NCBI GenBank assembly: GCA_965248445.1
Contig: CBDFJG010000002.1
Coordinates: forward strand, 320,001 to 384,000
Source of the DNA: Planctomycetota bacterium
Lineage (GTDB): Bacteria; Planctomycetota; JAJSAM01; JAJVHW01
Direction of reading: 5' to 3'
DNA: 64,000 nucleotides
Part shown: in pieces, positions 11,127 through 22,027 of the stretch
How positions within the stretch are numbered: position 1 is the first letter of the stretch
Layout: each line of letters starts with the position of its first letter
Position numbers and translations under genes: made by a program
The notes under the pieces: model-generated
The model's input: only the letters and a program-made list of their open reading frames with translations
What the model was told of the DNA's origin: nothing
Databases searched by the model: none

Positions 11127-12020
11127 CTAGAAGCCCAGGTCCGTCAGTTCCCGCAGCGTGTCGTCGACGAGCGGAGCGGGGAACGACGGATCGAGCGCCA
11201 GGACCCGCGGCCAGTCGGACCGAAGCTGGAAGCGCAGGTCCTTCCACCCAACTAGCCCGGCGTTCGGCGGCAATCGCCCGCCGAGCGGCGACCAGTCGCA
11301 CAGCGTGACTCCGCCGGTGCGCGGACCGAGCTGTTCGAGCCACTCTTCCTGGCGGCACACGCCGAGCGCGAACAGGTGCGCTGCGTGTCCGGCGTCGTGC
11401 CAGTAGCCGAGCGACTTGCCCCGGAACTCGTCGAGCAGGTGCCGCGCCTCTGCCGGATGCGGCAGACCGAGCGCGCTGGAGGACGTCTCGATCAACAGAT
11501 TCGTGTCCGGTCGCGCGGAGAGCAGCGCGTGCAGGCGCTCACACAGTGCGCCGAGCATGCGATCGCGCTCGGCCCGGTCTGCGTCGATCGCGGCGCGCAC
11601 TTCCGCGTGGAGAGTTGCCGTCTGGCCCTCTTGCAGCATCTGCTCGTGCCACCGCGCCTCGCGGCCAGGGTCGAGCGCCGGCACGCTGCCGGCACGGAGC
11701 ACGGCCACGCCACAGGACAACTGCGCCGCGGCGTCGATGGCTGCGAGGGAGTTGCGAACTGCGCGCTCTCCGACTTCGCCACGGAGCGAGGACAAGCCGG
11801 ACACGCTCCCCGGATCCGCGTCGTCACCGGGGCTCTGCGCGAAGACGCACGTCACGTGCGCCCGCGCCGCGCGCGCTACACCGGCGGCCGTCGCCACGTC
11901 GGCGGCGTCGAGTCTGCCGTCGAGCGCCACCGCACGGTGGCCGAGCCGTACCAACTCCTCCACAGCAGGCGCCTGACCGGCGCTGCGGCCTGCGTTCCAC
12001 AGCGTGGACATGGCAATCAT
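11127..12020 (-). CDS. Sugar-phosphate isomerase/epimerase (AP endonuclease 2 TIM-barrel) family protein
   Basis: LLIET, GYWHDAGHA, and LPP..G.V.W motifs. Confidence 0.7.
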   Translation of the reverse strand: MIAMSTLWNAGRSAGQAPAVEELVRLGHRAVALDGRLDAADVATAAGVARAARAHVTCVFAQSPGDDADPGSVSGLSSLRGEVGERAVRNSLAAIDAAAQLSCGVAVLRAGSVPALDPGREARWHEQMLQEGQTATLHAEVRAAIDADRAERDRMLGALCERLHALLSARPDTNLLIETSSSALGLPHPAEARHLLDEFRGKSLGYWHDAGHAAHLFALGVCRQEEWLEQLGPRTGGVTLCDWSPLGGRLPPNAGLVGWKDLRFQLRSDWPRVLALDPSFPAPLVDDTLRELTDLGF

Positions 12021-12081
12021 CCCGCCAGGCTACCCCTGTTCTGCAGCGTCGTCGGTCGGACCGCGTAACGTGCCGGGCCCC

Positions 12082-14316
12082 ATGGTCGCGTCCAAGTTGG
12101 TCTCCGTGTGCCTGCCGCTCCCTGTGCGGACGTCGTTCACGTACAGGGTCCCGGACCCGCTGCAAGAGGGTCTGAGCCGCGGCCGCAGAGTCCGAGTGCC
12201 GTTCGGTCCGCGGACCATGGACGGCTGGTGCATCGGGTTCCCCGACGAGGCCGAGGGTGCGCACGGGGACCGCGAGCTGAAGGCCGTCACCGAGATCCTC
12301 GACGACGGTCCACTGCTCGATGCCGGCATGATGGACGTGGCGCTCTGGATCTCCGAGACGTACGCGTGCTCGTGGGGCGAAGCCCTGACCGCGTGCGTGC
12401 CCGCGGGCGTGCGCAGCGGTGCGACGGAGGCGACCGTCCGGACGGCGACCCTGACGGTGAGTCTGGACGCCGCGGAGGCAGAGGCCGCCCGTCTGTCCGA
12501 GAAGCAGATCAAGCGCAGCCGCGTCCTGCGCTTGCTGATCGAGCATCCCGAGGGTCTCGCGGTGCGCGACCTGGCCCGCTCCGCGCAGTGCACGGAATCG
12601 CCGGTGCTCACACTCGTGAAACACGGCTTCGTCTCGATCCAGGAGAGACGCGTATCGCGGGATCCGTTCGCCGGGCGCGAACCGGAGCCGCCGGCGGACG
12701 TCGCGCCGAACGCGGAACAACTTCGCGCTCTCGAAGCGATCGGTGCATCCGTCGCGGCGGGCACCCACGAGGCGTTCCTGCTGCACGGCGTGACCGGCAG
12801 CGGCAAGACCGAGGTGTACCTGCGAGCGATCGACCAGGTCGTTTCGAACGGAAAGAAGGCGATTGTTCTCGTGCCGGAGATCGCGCTCACGCCGCAGACC
12901 GTCGCGCGGTTCCGAGGGTGGTTCGAGCGCGTCGCGGTGCTTCACAGCGCCCTGACCGATGCCGAACGCCGGAACCAGTGGCACCTCATCCGCGCAGGCG
13001 GAGCCGACGTCGTGATCGGTCCCCGGAGCGCGATCCTCGCTCCGCTACCCGACCTCGGGATCGTGGTCGTCGACGAAGAGCACGAGCCCTCGTTCAAGCA
13101 GCAGTCCGCGCCGCGCTACAACGCCCGTAGCGTGGCGCTCGAGCGGGGGCGGCGGGCGGGCTGTCCCGTGGTCCTCGGCTCGGCCACGCCGGCGCTCGAG
13201 ACGTACGCCGCTGCCGTGCAGGGTGAGTTGACCCTGTTGTCGCTCCCCCGCCGGGCCGGCCCCGGGCGGATGCCGATCGTGGACGTCGTCGACATGGCCC
13301 GCGAGCACCGCGACACCAAGCGGCGAAACCTCCTGTCCCGACGGCTCGTCGAGATCGTGCGCCGCGCTCTCAACCGCGACGAGCAGGCAATACTGCTGCT
13401 CAACCGACGCGGTTTTGCGACCAGCGTGTACTGCACGCGCTGCGGACACACGCTTGCCTGCGATCGCTGCAGCGTGATGCTCACGTTCCACCGCGTGAAC
13501 GGCACGGTGCTGTGCCACCCGTGCGGGCGCGAACACCGGATGCCCACCTCGTGCTCGGAGTGCCACATCCCTGGACTGTCACGGCTCGGCGCGGGCACCG
13601 AGCGGCTGGAGGACGCTGTTCACTTCGTGTTCCCCGGGGCGCGCATCGCACGGATGGACAGCGACGCGATGCACGACCGCGCCGCGTACGAGAACGTGCT
13701 CGGCCGCTTCCGCCGCCGCGAGGTCGACATCCTGCTCGGCACGCAGATGATCGCCAAGGGCCTCGACTTCCCGCGGGTGACGGCCGTCGGAGTCGTGTCG
13801 GCCGATACGTCACTCATGGTTCCTGATTTCCGCGCGGCGGAACGCACGTTCCAGCTCGTCTCACAGGTGGCCGGTCGCGCGGGCCGCGCGGATCGCCCCG
13901 GAACGGTAGTCGTGCAGACGGTGCAGCCGCGCCACGCAGCGCTCATGCGTGCGCGGGAGCACGACTACGAGGGCTTCGCACGCGACGAACTGACAGACAG
14001 AGCGCGCACCGGCTGGCCGCCTTCAACCCGGCTCGTGCGCGTGGTCGCTCAGGCGAAGGACGATGCTGCAGCCCGCCGGAGGGCGCAAGAGGTTGCCGAC
14101 GTGCTCCGCGACTCGCTTCCGCCGGGCAGCGCCGACGTCCTCGGTCCCGCCCGCTGCCCGATCGGACGTGTGCGCGGACGGCAGCGCTGGCACGTCGTCC
14201 TCCGCGCGGCGGACGAACCGGTGCAGCGGGCCGCCGTGCTCCGCCTGTCTCGCGTGACGGCGCGCGCGCGCGGTGCCGAGATCACGATCGACGTCGATCC
14301 CGTCGACCTCACCTAG
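12082..14316 (+). CDS. priA: Primosomal protein N' (replication restart helicase)
   Basis: GVTGSGKTEVY, VPEIALTPQ, DEEH, CxxC zinc cluster, GTQMIAKGLDF, terminal IDVDP. Confidence 0.97.
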   Translation: MVASKLVSVCLPLPVRTSFTYRVPDPLQEGLSRGRRVRVPFGPRTMDGWCIGFPDEAEGAHGDRELKAVTEILDDGPLLDAGMMDVALWISETYACSWGEALTACVPAGVRSGATEATVRTATLTVSLDAAEAEAARLSEKQIKRSRVLRLLIEHPEGLAVRDLARSAQCTESPVLTLVKHGFVSIQERRVSRDPFAGREPEPPADVAPNAEQLRALEAIGASVAAGTHEAFLLHGVTGSGKTEVYLRAIDQVVSNGKKAIVLVPEIALTPQTVARFRGWFERVAVLHSALTDAERRNQWHLIRAGGADVVIGPRSAILAPLPDLGIVVVDEEHEPSFKQQSAPRYNARSVALERGRRAGCPVVLGSATPALETYAAAVQGELTLLSLPRRAGPGRMPIVDVVDMAREHRDTKRRNLLSRRLVEIVRRALNRDEQAILLLNRRGFATSVYCTRCGHTLACDRCSVMLTFHRVNGTVLCHPCGREHRMPTSCSECHIPGLSRLGAGTERLEDAVHFVFPGARIARMDSDAMHDRAAYENVLGRFRRREVDILLGTQMIAKGLDFPRVTAVGVVSADTSLMVPDFRAAERTFQLVSQVAGRAGRADRPGTVVVQTVQPRHAALMRAREHDYEGFARDELTDRARTGWPPSTRLVRVVAQAKDDAAARRRAQEVADVLRDSLPPGSADVLGPARCPIGRVRGRQRWHVVLRAADEPVQRAAVLRLSRVTARARGAEITIDVDPVDLT

Positions 14317-14355
14317 CCTGCAGCTCAGGCGCGGGAGTCTCGTGAACGATGCGGG

Positions 14356-14553
14356 CTACTCGAAGCTGATCACGCCGCCGAGCAGGGCGCCGCCGAGCAG
14401 GACCATCATGACGCCCGACAGGACCAGCGAGCCGACGATCATGGGCCGTTGAGCGGGATCCTGCACGCGTGGCCCGACGACGAAGCGACCCATCGCGGCG
14501 TCGAGGAGGCCGGCGACGATCAGCACGACACCGATGATCTGCGAAGTCTCCAC
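14356..14553 (-). CDS. Small 2-TM membrane protein
   Basis: GAGGAGG RBS, two hydrophobic helices. Confidence 0.6.
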   Translation of the reverse strand: METSQIIGVVLIVAGLLDAAMGRFVVGPRVQDPAQRPMIVGSLVLSGVMMVLLGGALLGGVISFE

Positions 14554-14664
14554 GCACTTGCCTCCTCTCCCCTCGTCATCGACCGCGGGCTGCGGCCCAT
14601 GGAATGACGGATGCCGCTACACTCGCCCCGGTCGGGGGCGCGAGTACATCCGGGGCACACATCC

Positions 14665-16038
14665 ATGCAGTTCGTGATCACACTGCGCCGTTCGTGGCGC
14701 GCTGCGCACCCCCTCTCTTCCGCCGCCCTCCTGTCCGCCGCCGCCCTCCTCGCCCTTCCCGCAGCGGCCGTCGAAGCAGATGACGGCGTGGACATGCGCA
14801 TCCTCGGCACGCCGGCCGAGGTGCACTTCCGTGTCACGCTGCCCAAGCGCGGAGCGCGGTTCCAGGCGGCCAAGATCCGCGGGGCGGACGGCTGGGTCAT
14901 CGAGCTTGCCGCGCGCAGCGCCCGCTCCGACAGCGCGTGGCCCACGCCTGCCACGGATGGCAAGCGTGTGTTCGCCGGTGGCCCGCTCAACTCGTCCGAG
15001 ATGTTCGCCGTCGACTTCCTGACCGGACGGTTCAGCTGGCGCACGCGCATGAACGACAACGGACCGACACCGCCCGTCGTCCGCGACCGCCGCGTCTACG
15101 TGAACACGCAATCCTGCACGCTGTACGCATTCGACACGCGCAACGGGCACGAAGTCTGGTCGAACTTCCTCGCCAGCTCGCTCGAGTCGGTCCCGTCGCT
15201 CGCGGACGGCGCCGTCGTGACAGCGCGGCCGAAGCGCGCCAAGAACCCGACGCGCGACGAGAGCGAGATCCCCGCGCTGACTCTCGTGGCCCCGGAGACG
15301 GGCGAGGTCCTCGCCGATGTCGCGATCGACGCCGACGGCCGGGGGGCGCCTGTCGTGCGCGACGGCGCGGCGATCCTGACGACCAAGAGCGGCGCCGTCT
15401 ACTGCGTGGACCTGGCGGAGGGCCGGACCCGCTGGCGCAAGGAGATCGGAGCGCGCGGCATGCCGGCCGTCGACGATTCAGGCGTCTACGTCGCCGGGTC
15501 CAGCGCCGTGGCGTGCCTCGACCTCAGAACCGGCCGCGATCGTTACTCAGAGATGGCGTTCACGCCCAGCAGTCGCGACACGATGACGGTGAGGGACCCC
15601 GTGCGCGCGCCGACCGTCCGGGCGGAAGCCGCGAACACGATCGACGGCGGCGCGTTCTGGGGCGACGGGCTGCGTCCGACACTCGCCGACGACAAGTTGG
15701 TGCTCGCCGCCGCCAAGACGCTCCGCGTCTTCGACAAGCGAACCGGTCAGGATCTGGCGTGGTGGGAGCTGGACGTCGAGGGGGCGATCGTCGGCCAAGC
15801 TGCACTCGCCCGCGGAACGGTCGTCGTCGCCACGCGTCTGGGTGAGATCCGCGCCGTGGACCTGAAGCACGGCGAGGTCGCCTGGGCCGTCGATCTCGGC
15901 GCGCGACTCGCCGGCGGCGTCATCGTCCACGACAGCCGCGTCATCGCGACGACCACCGACGGCCGGCTGATCAGCGTGCACACGGGCGACCTCCGCGCCG
16001 ACGGCTGGCCCATGTGGGGAGGCAGCGCGGCGCGCTGA
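14665..16038 (+). CDS. PQQ-like beta-propeller repeat protein, secreted
   Basis: Repeated A.D..TG...W units; signal-like N-terminus. Confidence 0.8.
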   Translation: MQFVITLRRSWRAAHPLSSAALLSAAALLALPAAAVEADDGVDMRILGTPAEVHFRVTLPKRGARFQAAKIRGADGWVIELAARSARSDSAWPTPATDGKRVFAGGPLNSSEMFAVDFLTGRFSWRTRMNDNGPTPPVVRDRRVYVNTQSCTLYAFDTRNGHEVWSNFLASSLESVPSLADGAVVTARPKRAKNPTRDESEIPALTLVAPETGEVLADVAIDADGRGAPVVRDGAAILTTKSGAVYCVDLAEGRTRWRKEIGARGMPAVDDSGVYVAGSSAVACLDLRTGRDRYSEMAFTPSSRDTMTVRDPVRAPTVRAEAANTIDGGAFWGDGLRPTLADDKLVLAAAKTLRVFDKRTGQDLAWWELDVEGAIVGQAALARGTVVVATRLGEIRAVDLKHGEVAWAVDLGARLAGGVIVHDSRVIATTTDGRLISVHTGDLRADGWPMWGGSAAR

Positions 16039-16098
16039 TTTGTCTGGCTCGCCGGCTGACGCCGGCGACGCGATTGGGGCGATGCCAGTGCCCGCTGC

Positions 16099-17025
16099 TC
16101 ACCGTCGCTGTGCGTGTTCCTCGAGTTCCTTGAGGAAGGTGCGGAAGCTTGCGTAGCGGCTGTCGGCCACGTCGCCCGACTCCAGCGCTTCGCGCACAGA
16201 GCAACCCGGCTCGCTGATGTGCAGGCAGTCGTCGAACCGGCACGCCGCCGGTCCCGGGAACTCGGGGAAGTTCAGATCGAGGTCACGCGGCGCGATGCCG
16301 ACGAGCCCGAACTCCTTGATGCCCGGCGTGTCGATCACGTGCCCCGCGTCGTTGGGTATGCGTACGAGCTGCGCGGCGGTCGTGGTGTGCTTGCCCTTCC
16401 CGGAGTGACGGCTGATCTCGCCGGTGCGCAACTCGATGCCCGGAAGAACGCGGTTGATCAAGGACGACTTGCCGGTGCCCGACGGACCGGCGAACACGGA
16501 GCTGCGGGCGGACAGCAGAGCGGACAACGCATCGCAGCCATCTCCGGTCGACGCACACGTGTGCAGCACCTCGTACCCAAGGCGCTCGTACAGCGAGATG
16601 GTCTCTTTCGTCTCGGCGGAAGCCTCGAGGTCCGACTTGTTGAAGACCAGGACCGGCGGCACCTCGCCGGCGTGGCAGGCGACGAGCAAGCGGTCGATCA
16701 GACCGGAGCGGGGCGCAGGGTCGGCGTGGGAGAACACGAGCACGCTGCGATCGGCGTTCGCGACCAGCACCTGATTGCGCCAGCGGCCGACGACCTCGGG
16801 GCGGAGCAGCACGCTGCGCCGCTCGTCTACGCCGGCGATCACGTAATCGCCGGCGTCGGTCTCGTCCACCGCCGCCAGGTCCCCGACGGCAACCGGGCTC
16901 TTCAGGCGCCCCTTGCCGCGGTGGAACGTGCCCCTGATCTGCGCGTCCGTGACCCGGCCGTCCGGCAGTTCGACGACAACACGCTTTCGATCGACGCGGA
17001 GGACGAGGGCGCGCTGCATGCGCAC
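16099..17025 (-). CDS. rsgA: Ribosome small subunit-dependent GTPase A
   Basis: NKSDL, GPSGTGKSSL, GKHTTT, DTPGIKEF, CRFDDCLHISEPGC zinc site. Confidence 0.96.
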   Translation of the reverse strand: MRMQRALVLRVDRKRVVVELPDGRVTDAQIRGTFHRGKGRLKSPVAVGDLAAVDETDAGDYVIAGVDERRSVLLRPEVVGRWRNQVLVANADRSVLVFSHADPAPRSGLIDRLLVACHAGEVPPVLVFNKSDLEASAETKETISLYERLGYEVLHTCASTGDGCDALSALLSARSSVFAGPSGTGKSSLINRVLPGIELRTGEISRHSGKGKHTTTAAQLVRIPNDAGHVIDTPGIKEFGLVGIAPRDLDLNFPEFPGPAACRFDDCLHISEPGCSVREALESGDVADSRYASFRTFLKELEEHAQRR

Positions 17026-17075
17026 TCAGTGTGTGCGCTGGCCTCGCGAGCGGTGACAAATGAGCCCGCGGAGGC

Positions 17076-19001
17076 TCAGTCGGCGGCTTCGGGCTTCCTC
17101 TCGACGCAAACTCGGTTGCGGCCGTAGTTCTTGGCGGCGTACATCGCCTCGTCGGCTCGCTGGACCAGTTTGTCCACGTCGTCGCCGCGCACGAACTCGG
17201 TGACGCCGATCGACACGGAGAGGCGCTGCGGCTGGTACTGCGGGAACATCTCCCCACCTTCGGTCTCCATGGTGAAACGAAGGCGCTCGGCATAGAGGAC
17301 GGCGTGCGACAAAGCAGTCTCCGGCAGGACGACGAGGAATTCCTCTCCGCCGTAGCGGCCGTACGCATCGACGTCGCGACTGCAGGACGCGATGAGCTGG
17401 GCGACCGCCTTCAGCACGACATCGCCAACCTGGTGGCCGTGGTGATCGTTCCACCGCTTGAAGAAGTCCACGTCGAGGAGCGCGACGGACAGGCTGTGTC
17501 CGAACCGGTCCGCGCGGCGGATCTCGCGATCGAGGATCGAGACGATGTTGCGGCGGTTGTTGATGCCCGTCAGTTCGTCCTTCTCCGCGAGCGACCGCAG
17601 AGTCTCGCCCTGCACGTCGAGCGCCGCGTTCTGAAGCACGAGGCCGAGCGCGTCACAGAGCAGTCCGAGCAGTGCGGCGTCTTCGTCGGTCAGGCGGCGT
17701 CCGGAAAAGAACTGATCCACGACCACGACGCCGAAATTGGCGGCTCCCGCGGACAGGCGGGCGGCGAGCATCTGATCCACTGCGAGGCGCGAGAGCGCGC
17801 CGCCGTCCGTCTCGTGATCCTCAATCAGAACAGCGTCGCCGGCAGCCACGACGCGCTGCAGAGCGCCACCGTGGCTGCACGGGACCTCGAACCCGAGCAA
17901 CCCGCCTGCCAGCGGCAGGCCCGAAGGATCGATCACGGTGCGCGCGCGCATGCGGGTCGCGTCCGTGGAGTCGGGATCGAGCAGCACCACTCGACCGAAG
18001 CCCAGTCCGTCGCGGATGGCGTGCAGCCCGCGCTCGAGTATTCCCGTCACCGAGTTGCACGCTCGCGCTGCCATCAGCTTGCGGTGCACCTCGGCGACGC
18101 GGCCGGCGGTCCTCGCGACGTGCACGCCTGGTACACCCCGCTCGCCCTCGATCGCGCGCATCTCCGCGTTCGTGAGCTGGCGGACGAAGTCGTGCGGCTC
18201 CGCGTCGTCGAGGCCCAACAACGCAGCAGCGTGTCGCAACTCCAGCTCGATCGCCTCGCGCACCTGTCCGATGGCGCGGCTCTCAGGGACGTCGCTGTCG
18301 ATCGGTTCGTAGTCGCTCGACTGGCCGTCGTCGTAGCCGAGTCCGCTTACGAGCTGGTCAGCGCGTGCCAGCAGGATCAGCAGGCGACGGGTCCGTTCGG
18401 GCAGTGGCTGACCGGAGATCGCAATCGACTCCGCCGGCATCCCGCGCTGCACAGCGCGATGGAAGCGCACCGCAGAGACGACCTCGTCCTGGAGGGCGTA
18501 AGAACGCAGCAGACCGTCTGTCACCTTCTCCGGCGCCTCCGTGTCGGTTCCGGCGAAGCGCCAAGCGAGGTCGTGGAGGAGTCCCGCGACGAACGCGAGG
18601 CTGGCGTCGTCGAACCCGCCGTCGTTCGCCAGGGCCCTGCAAGCCGCGGCCACGGCCACGTCGTGGGCCCAGTGGCGGCAGGCGGACTCGACGTGATCGC
18701 GATCGTCGCCGAGCGCGTACCCGGGCATCGCTTCGGTGATCCGCCGCAGGATCGCCACCGAGGTACGCTCCGCGGCCCGCCTCACCATTGCCCCACCGGA
18801 GGTGTCTTCGTAGACGTAGAGCGGGCAGTGCACGCCGCGTAGGACGGCCCCGGCCATCGCTCCGTCCACCTCGACGATCTGCGCGACGCTTCCGCGGCTC
18901 TCCGGGTCGTCCAGCAGCGTCTGCATGCGAGCACGCACGTGCGCCAGCGTCGGCGCGTGCACGCGTGCGAGGGTCGGGACTGTGAGTTCCGTGGTTGCCA
19001 T
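17076..19001 (-). CDS. HDOD-GAF-GGDEF diguanylate cyclase
   Basis: AFVAGLLHD (HDOD), GAF-like middle, RDVD I-site followed by GGEEF. Confidence 0.9.
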   Translation of the reverse strand: MATTELTVPTLARVHAPTLAHVRARMQTLLDDPESRGSVAQIVEVDGAMAGAVLRGVHCPLYVYEDTSGGAMVRRAAERTSVAILRRITEAMPGYALGDDRDHVESACRHWAHDVAVAAACRALANDGGFDDASLAFVAGLLHDLAWRFAGTDTEAPEKVTDGLLRSYALQDEVVSAVRFHRAVQRGMPAESIAISGQPLPERTRRLLILLARADQLVSGLGYDDGQSSDYEPIDSDVPESRAIGQVREAIELELRHAAALLGLDDAEPHDFVRQLTNAEMRAIEGERGVPGVHVARTAGRVAEVHRKLMAARACNSVTGILERGLHAIRDGLGFGRVVLLDPDSTDATRMRARTVIDPSGLPLAGGLLGFEVPCSHGGALQRVVAAGDAVLIEDHETDGGALSRLAVDQMLAARLSAGAANFGVVVVDQFFSGRRLTDEDAALLGLLCDALGLVLQNAALDVQGETLRSLAEKDELTGINNRRNIVSILDREIRRADRFGHSLSVALLDVDFFKRWNDHHGHQVGDVVLKAVAQLIASCSRDVDAYGRYGGEEFLVVLPETALSHAVLYAERLRFTMETEGGEMFPQYQPQRLSVSIGVTEFVRGDDVDKLVQRADEAMYAAKNYGRNRVCVERKPEAAD

Positions 19002-19122
19002 GGGCCCACTCGGACTATCGGCAGGGCGGCCTGCGCGTGTGTAGCGCGGACACCTCGTCAGGCTCGACCCAGGCTCGAACTGGCCCCGCGGGCCGCGGCT
19101 GGCTGCCCGATCGGCCCCGGCC

Positions 19123-19881
19123 TCAGGCGGAGCGGCCGGCCAGGCTCGCGAGGAGCACACACCCGGCCATCGCGACGTTGAGGCTTCCGACGCGCCCCGG
19201 CTGCGCCACGCCGACGGCGCGGCTCGCACCCTGCCGCAGCGCGGCGGGCAGCCCCTGCGCCTCCCCGCCAAGGGCCAGCGCGAGCAACGGCGGCGGAGTC
19301 ACCTTGGAGACGTCCTCCCCGTCCGCGGCGGCCGCCCACAGCTCGCCCCCAGCAGCCATCAACGCCGCGAGCGCCGACTCCGCGGCCTCGGCCTGCGCGA
19401 TCGGAACGTGCAGGTGCGCACCCTGTCCGGCGCGGACGGCGCGTGGTCCGAACAGGTCGGTGGTTCCGGGCAGGCCGAGCACGGACCGCGCACCGAGCGC
19501 TTCGGCCGCGCGCACCAGGGTTCCAGCGTTCCCGGGATCTTGGACTCCCGCAAGAACGAGATGGAGCCCACCGGCGGTCCACGCCGACGGGTCGTACGCG
19601 GGCTCCCTGAGCACCGCAACGACTCCCTGCGGCGCCGACGTGCCGGCGACCTCGCGCAGCGCCTTCGATCCGACGTCGCGCACCCGCACGCCCGCTGCCC
19701 GGAGCCGCGCCACCGTCGCCGACGCCGCGTCGTTGGCGATCTCCGGGCATGCGAACGCGTCACACACGTCGACGTGCGCCTCGAGGGCAAGGTCGATCAC
19801 GTGCGGCCCCTCCGCGAGGAACAGCCCGCTCCGCCGCCGTACGCGCGGCTTCAGGAGTTTGCGTGCGCCTGCGAGCGGCAC
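19123..19881 (-). CDS. TrmH/SpoU family RNA 2'-O-methyltransferase
   Basis: VQDPGNAGTLVR, LGGEAQGL, SLNVAMAG. Confidence 0.92.
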   Translation of the reverse strand: MPLAGARKLLKPRVRRRSGLFLAEGPHVIDLALEAHVDVCDAFACPEIANDAASATVARLRAAGVRVRDVGSKALREVAGTSAPQGVVAVLREPAYDPSAWTAGGLHLVLAGVQDPGNAGTLVRAAEALGARSVLGLPGTTDLFGPRAVRAGQGAHLHVPIAQAEAAESALAALMAAGGELWAAAADGEDVSKVTPPPLLALALGGEAQGLPAALRQGASRAVGVAQPGRVGSLNVAMAGCVLLASLAGRSA

Positions 19882-19882
19882 G

Positions 19883-20878
19883 TCAGCACCGCTCCCTGAG
19901 GAAGTCGAGCACCGACTGGAGGTCCGCCGGCAGCGGTGCCTTGTACACCGCGCGTTCGCCGGTCACCGGGTGGCGGATCTCGAGCCGGGACGAGTGCAGC
20001 GCAACGCGCTCGAGCAGGACCGACTCGTCACCGCCCGCTGGATCCACGTCGCGCGCGTGCACCGGCCTGGTGCCGCCGTACGTCTCGTCGGCAAGAAGCG
20101 GGTGCCCGGTGTGCGCCGAGTGCACGCGGATCTGATGCGTGCGGCCGGTCAGCGGAAAGAAGCGCACCAGCGACGCGGTGCCGAACCCCTCCTCGACCCG
20201 GTACTCGGTGCGGCTCGGCAGCCCGTCCGGATCGACGATCAGCCGAGGCCAATCGACCCGCCGGTGGAGGATCGGCGCGTCGATGACGCCCTCCGCCGGC
20301 GACGGCTCCCCGTGCACCAGCGCCAAGTACTCCTTCTTGACCTCGCGCGCCTCGAACTGGAGCGACACGTCCGCCTTCAGCTTGTCGGAGAACGCGAACA
20401 GCAGGACGCCCGAGGTCTCCTTGTCGATGCGGTGGCATATGTGCGGAACGCGGTCCCGCTCCGGGTTCGCCGTGTCGCGGTAGCGGGCGTGCAGAGCGGA
20501 GAGCACGTTCGTCAGCGTGTGGCCGCTGGTCGGGTGCACGACGATCCCGGGTCGCTTGTTGACCGCCATCAAGTGTCCGTCGTCGACCAGCACGTCGATG
20601 GGGATGCTGGCCGGGTCGACCGCGACGTCGGGCTGCGGTATCCGGATCACGACACGGTCGCCGTCGTGCAGCCGTGTGGAGCTCTTGCGCAGCGACTCGT
20701 TCACCGTGACACGCCCCTCGTCTACGAGTTGCTGCAGCTCGGTGCGGCTACGCCAGCGCACGCGCTCCGCCAGAAACCGATCGAGGCGCATGCCGTCCTG
20801 CGGCAGCTCGACGCGGAGATTCCAGTGCGTGCGCGGCTTCGAGAGGTCGGCGTACTGCCGTGGCTGGCGGGAACCCAT
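19883..20878 (-). CDS. RluA/RluD family pseudouridine synthase with S4 domain
   Basis: RLDRFLA, NKRPGIVVHP, HRIDKETSG, TGRTHQIRVH. Confidence 0.95.
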   Translation of the reverse strand: MGSRQPRQYADLSKPRTHWNLRVELPQDGMRLDRFLAERVRWRSRTELQQLVDEGRVTVNESLRKSSTRLHDGDRVVIRIPQPDVAVDPASIPIDVLVDDGHLMAVNKRPGIVVHPTSGHTLTNVLSALHARYRDTANPERDRVPHICHRIDKETSGVLLFAFSDKLKADVSLQFEAREVKKEYLALVHGEPSPAEGVIDAPILHRRVDWPRLIVDPDGLPSRTEYRVEEGFGTASLVRFFPLTGRTHQIRVHSAHTGHPLLADETYGGTRPVHARDVDPAGGDESVLLERVALHSSRLEIRHPVTGERAVYKAPLPADLQSVLDFLRERC

Positions 20879-20897
20879 GGCTACTCGACTGCCTTCG

Positions 20898-22025
20898 TCA
20901 CGTGACGATCCTGTCGAATCGGGCGAGCGCGAGCGCCGTGAAGAACGCAGGCGCGAACCAGGCCGCGATCATCGGTTGCAGCTCGCCGCGCGTGCCCATC
21001 TCCTGGAAGAACAGGTCGACGGCCATGTACGAGACCGCACAGCCGAACGCGACGGCCAGCCCGGCCGCGATGGAGCGCTGCCCGGGCCGCGCCACGAACG
21101 GCAACCCGAGTAACAGGAGGACGAAGCTCGCCACCGGGCGGGCTCTCCGCGTGAGCAGTTGCATCTCGATCCTGTCTCGCCGATCGGGATAGAGCTCCTG
21201 CATTGCCTCGAGCTTGGCCCGCGAAAGCGACGCCGTCTCGTCCTCGATCAGCACTTCGATGTCGTCCGGCGTCAGTTCCATCGGGATCGGGGTGCGCAAG
21301 TCGATGACGTGGGGATTCTGCAGCCGGCCCTCGGCGTCCGTGCCCTCCGGCTGGATCGTCCCGTCCACCGGGAACCACGAGGTGGCGCCCGCGTGCTGGC
21401 GGTAGACGAGCGCGCGTGCGAGCAGCCGCCCGCTCGGGAGGTCGCCGTTCGTATCCGTGAATCCGATCGACGAGATTCCGGTGAGCTTCATCTCGTCGCG
21501 GAACCAGCGGTCCGCCACGAAGGTGTTCGGCCCGGAGCGGAGGTGCGGAACGGTGCGGCCGCGCGCCACGTCGTCGATGTCCATCCGCCGCTCGATCCGT
21601 TCGAGCTGACGCAGCGACGGCGGCACGATGTGCTCCTCGGCCACCATCAGGAGGACGGTCAGTCCGACGGCGACCAGATACACGGGCAGGAGGATGCGGT
21701 GCACGCTCCGGCCGGCGGAGATCATGGGGCCGAGCTCGTTGTGCCGGGTGAACGTCATCAAACAGGCGATCGCCGCGAAGAGCGTCAGGTACGGCGCAAA
21801 GACCAGCGTCATGACCGGGATGCGCGCGGCGTAGAACTCGATGGCGAGCCGCGTGATCGAGACGTCGTTGCGAGCATCACCTGCGACCTCGAGGAACTCG
21901 TCGATCTTGCCGACACCGTCCACCACGAGGAACAGCAGCAGGAAACCGAACAGGCAGATGCCGTACACGCTCATGAAGCGCCGCAGCACGTAGCGGTCGA
22001 GCTGTCCGAAGACGCGGGTCCACAT
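20898..22025 (-). CDS. lptG: LPS export permease LptG (LptF/LptG family)
   Basis: LDRYVLR N-terminus, HNELGPMISAGRS, IAAWFAP C-terminus; follows the lptF-like gene. Confidence 0.8.
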   Translation of the reverse strand: MWTRVFGQLDRYVLRRFMSVYGICLFGFLLLFLVVDGVGKIDEFLEVAGDARNDVSITRLAIEFYAARIPVMTLVFAPYLTLFAAIACLMTFTRHNELGPMISAGRSVHRILLPVYLVAVGLTVLLMVAEEHIVPPSLRQLERIERRMDIDDVARGRTVPHLRSGPNTFVADRWFRDEMKLTGISSIGFTDTNGDLPSGRLLARALVYRQHAGATSWFPVDGTIQPEGTDAEGRLQNPHVIDLRTPIPMELTPDDIEVLIEDETASLSRAKLEAMQELYPDRRDRIEMQLLTRRARPVASFVLLLLGLPFVARPGQRSIAAGLAVAFGCAVSYMAVDLFFQEMGTRGELQPMIAAWFAPAFFTALALARFDRIVT

Positions 22026-22027
22026 GT

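Noticed and set aside
17304..20905. Long + strand ORFs (17304-18842, 18995-20905) and similar long ORFs elsewhere
   Set aside because: Antisense shadows of well-supported genes, expected at high GC.
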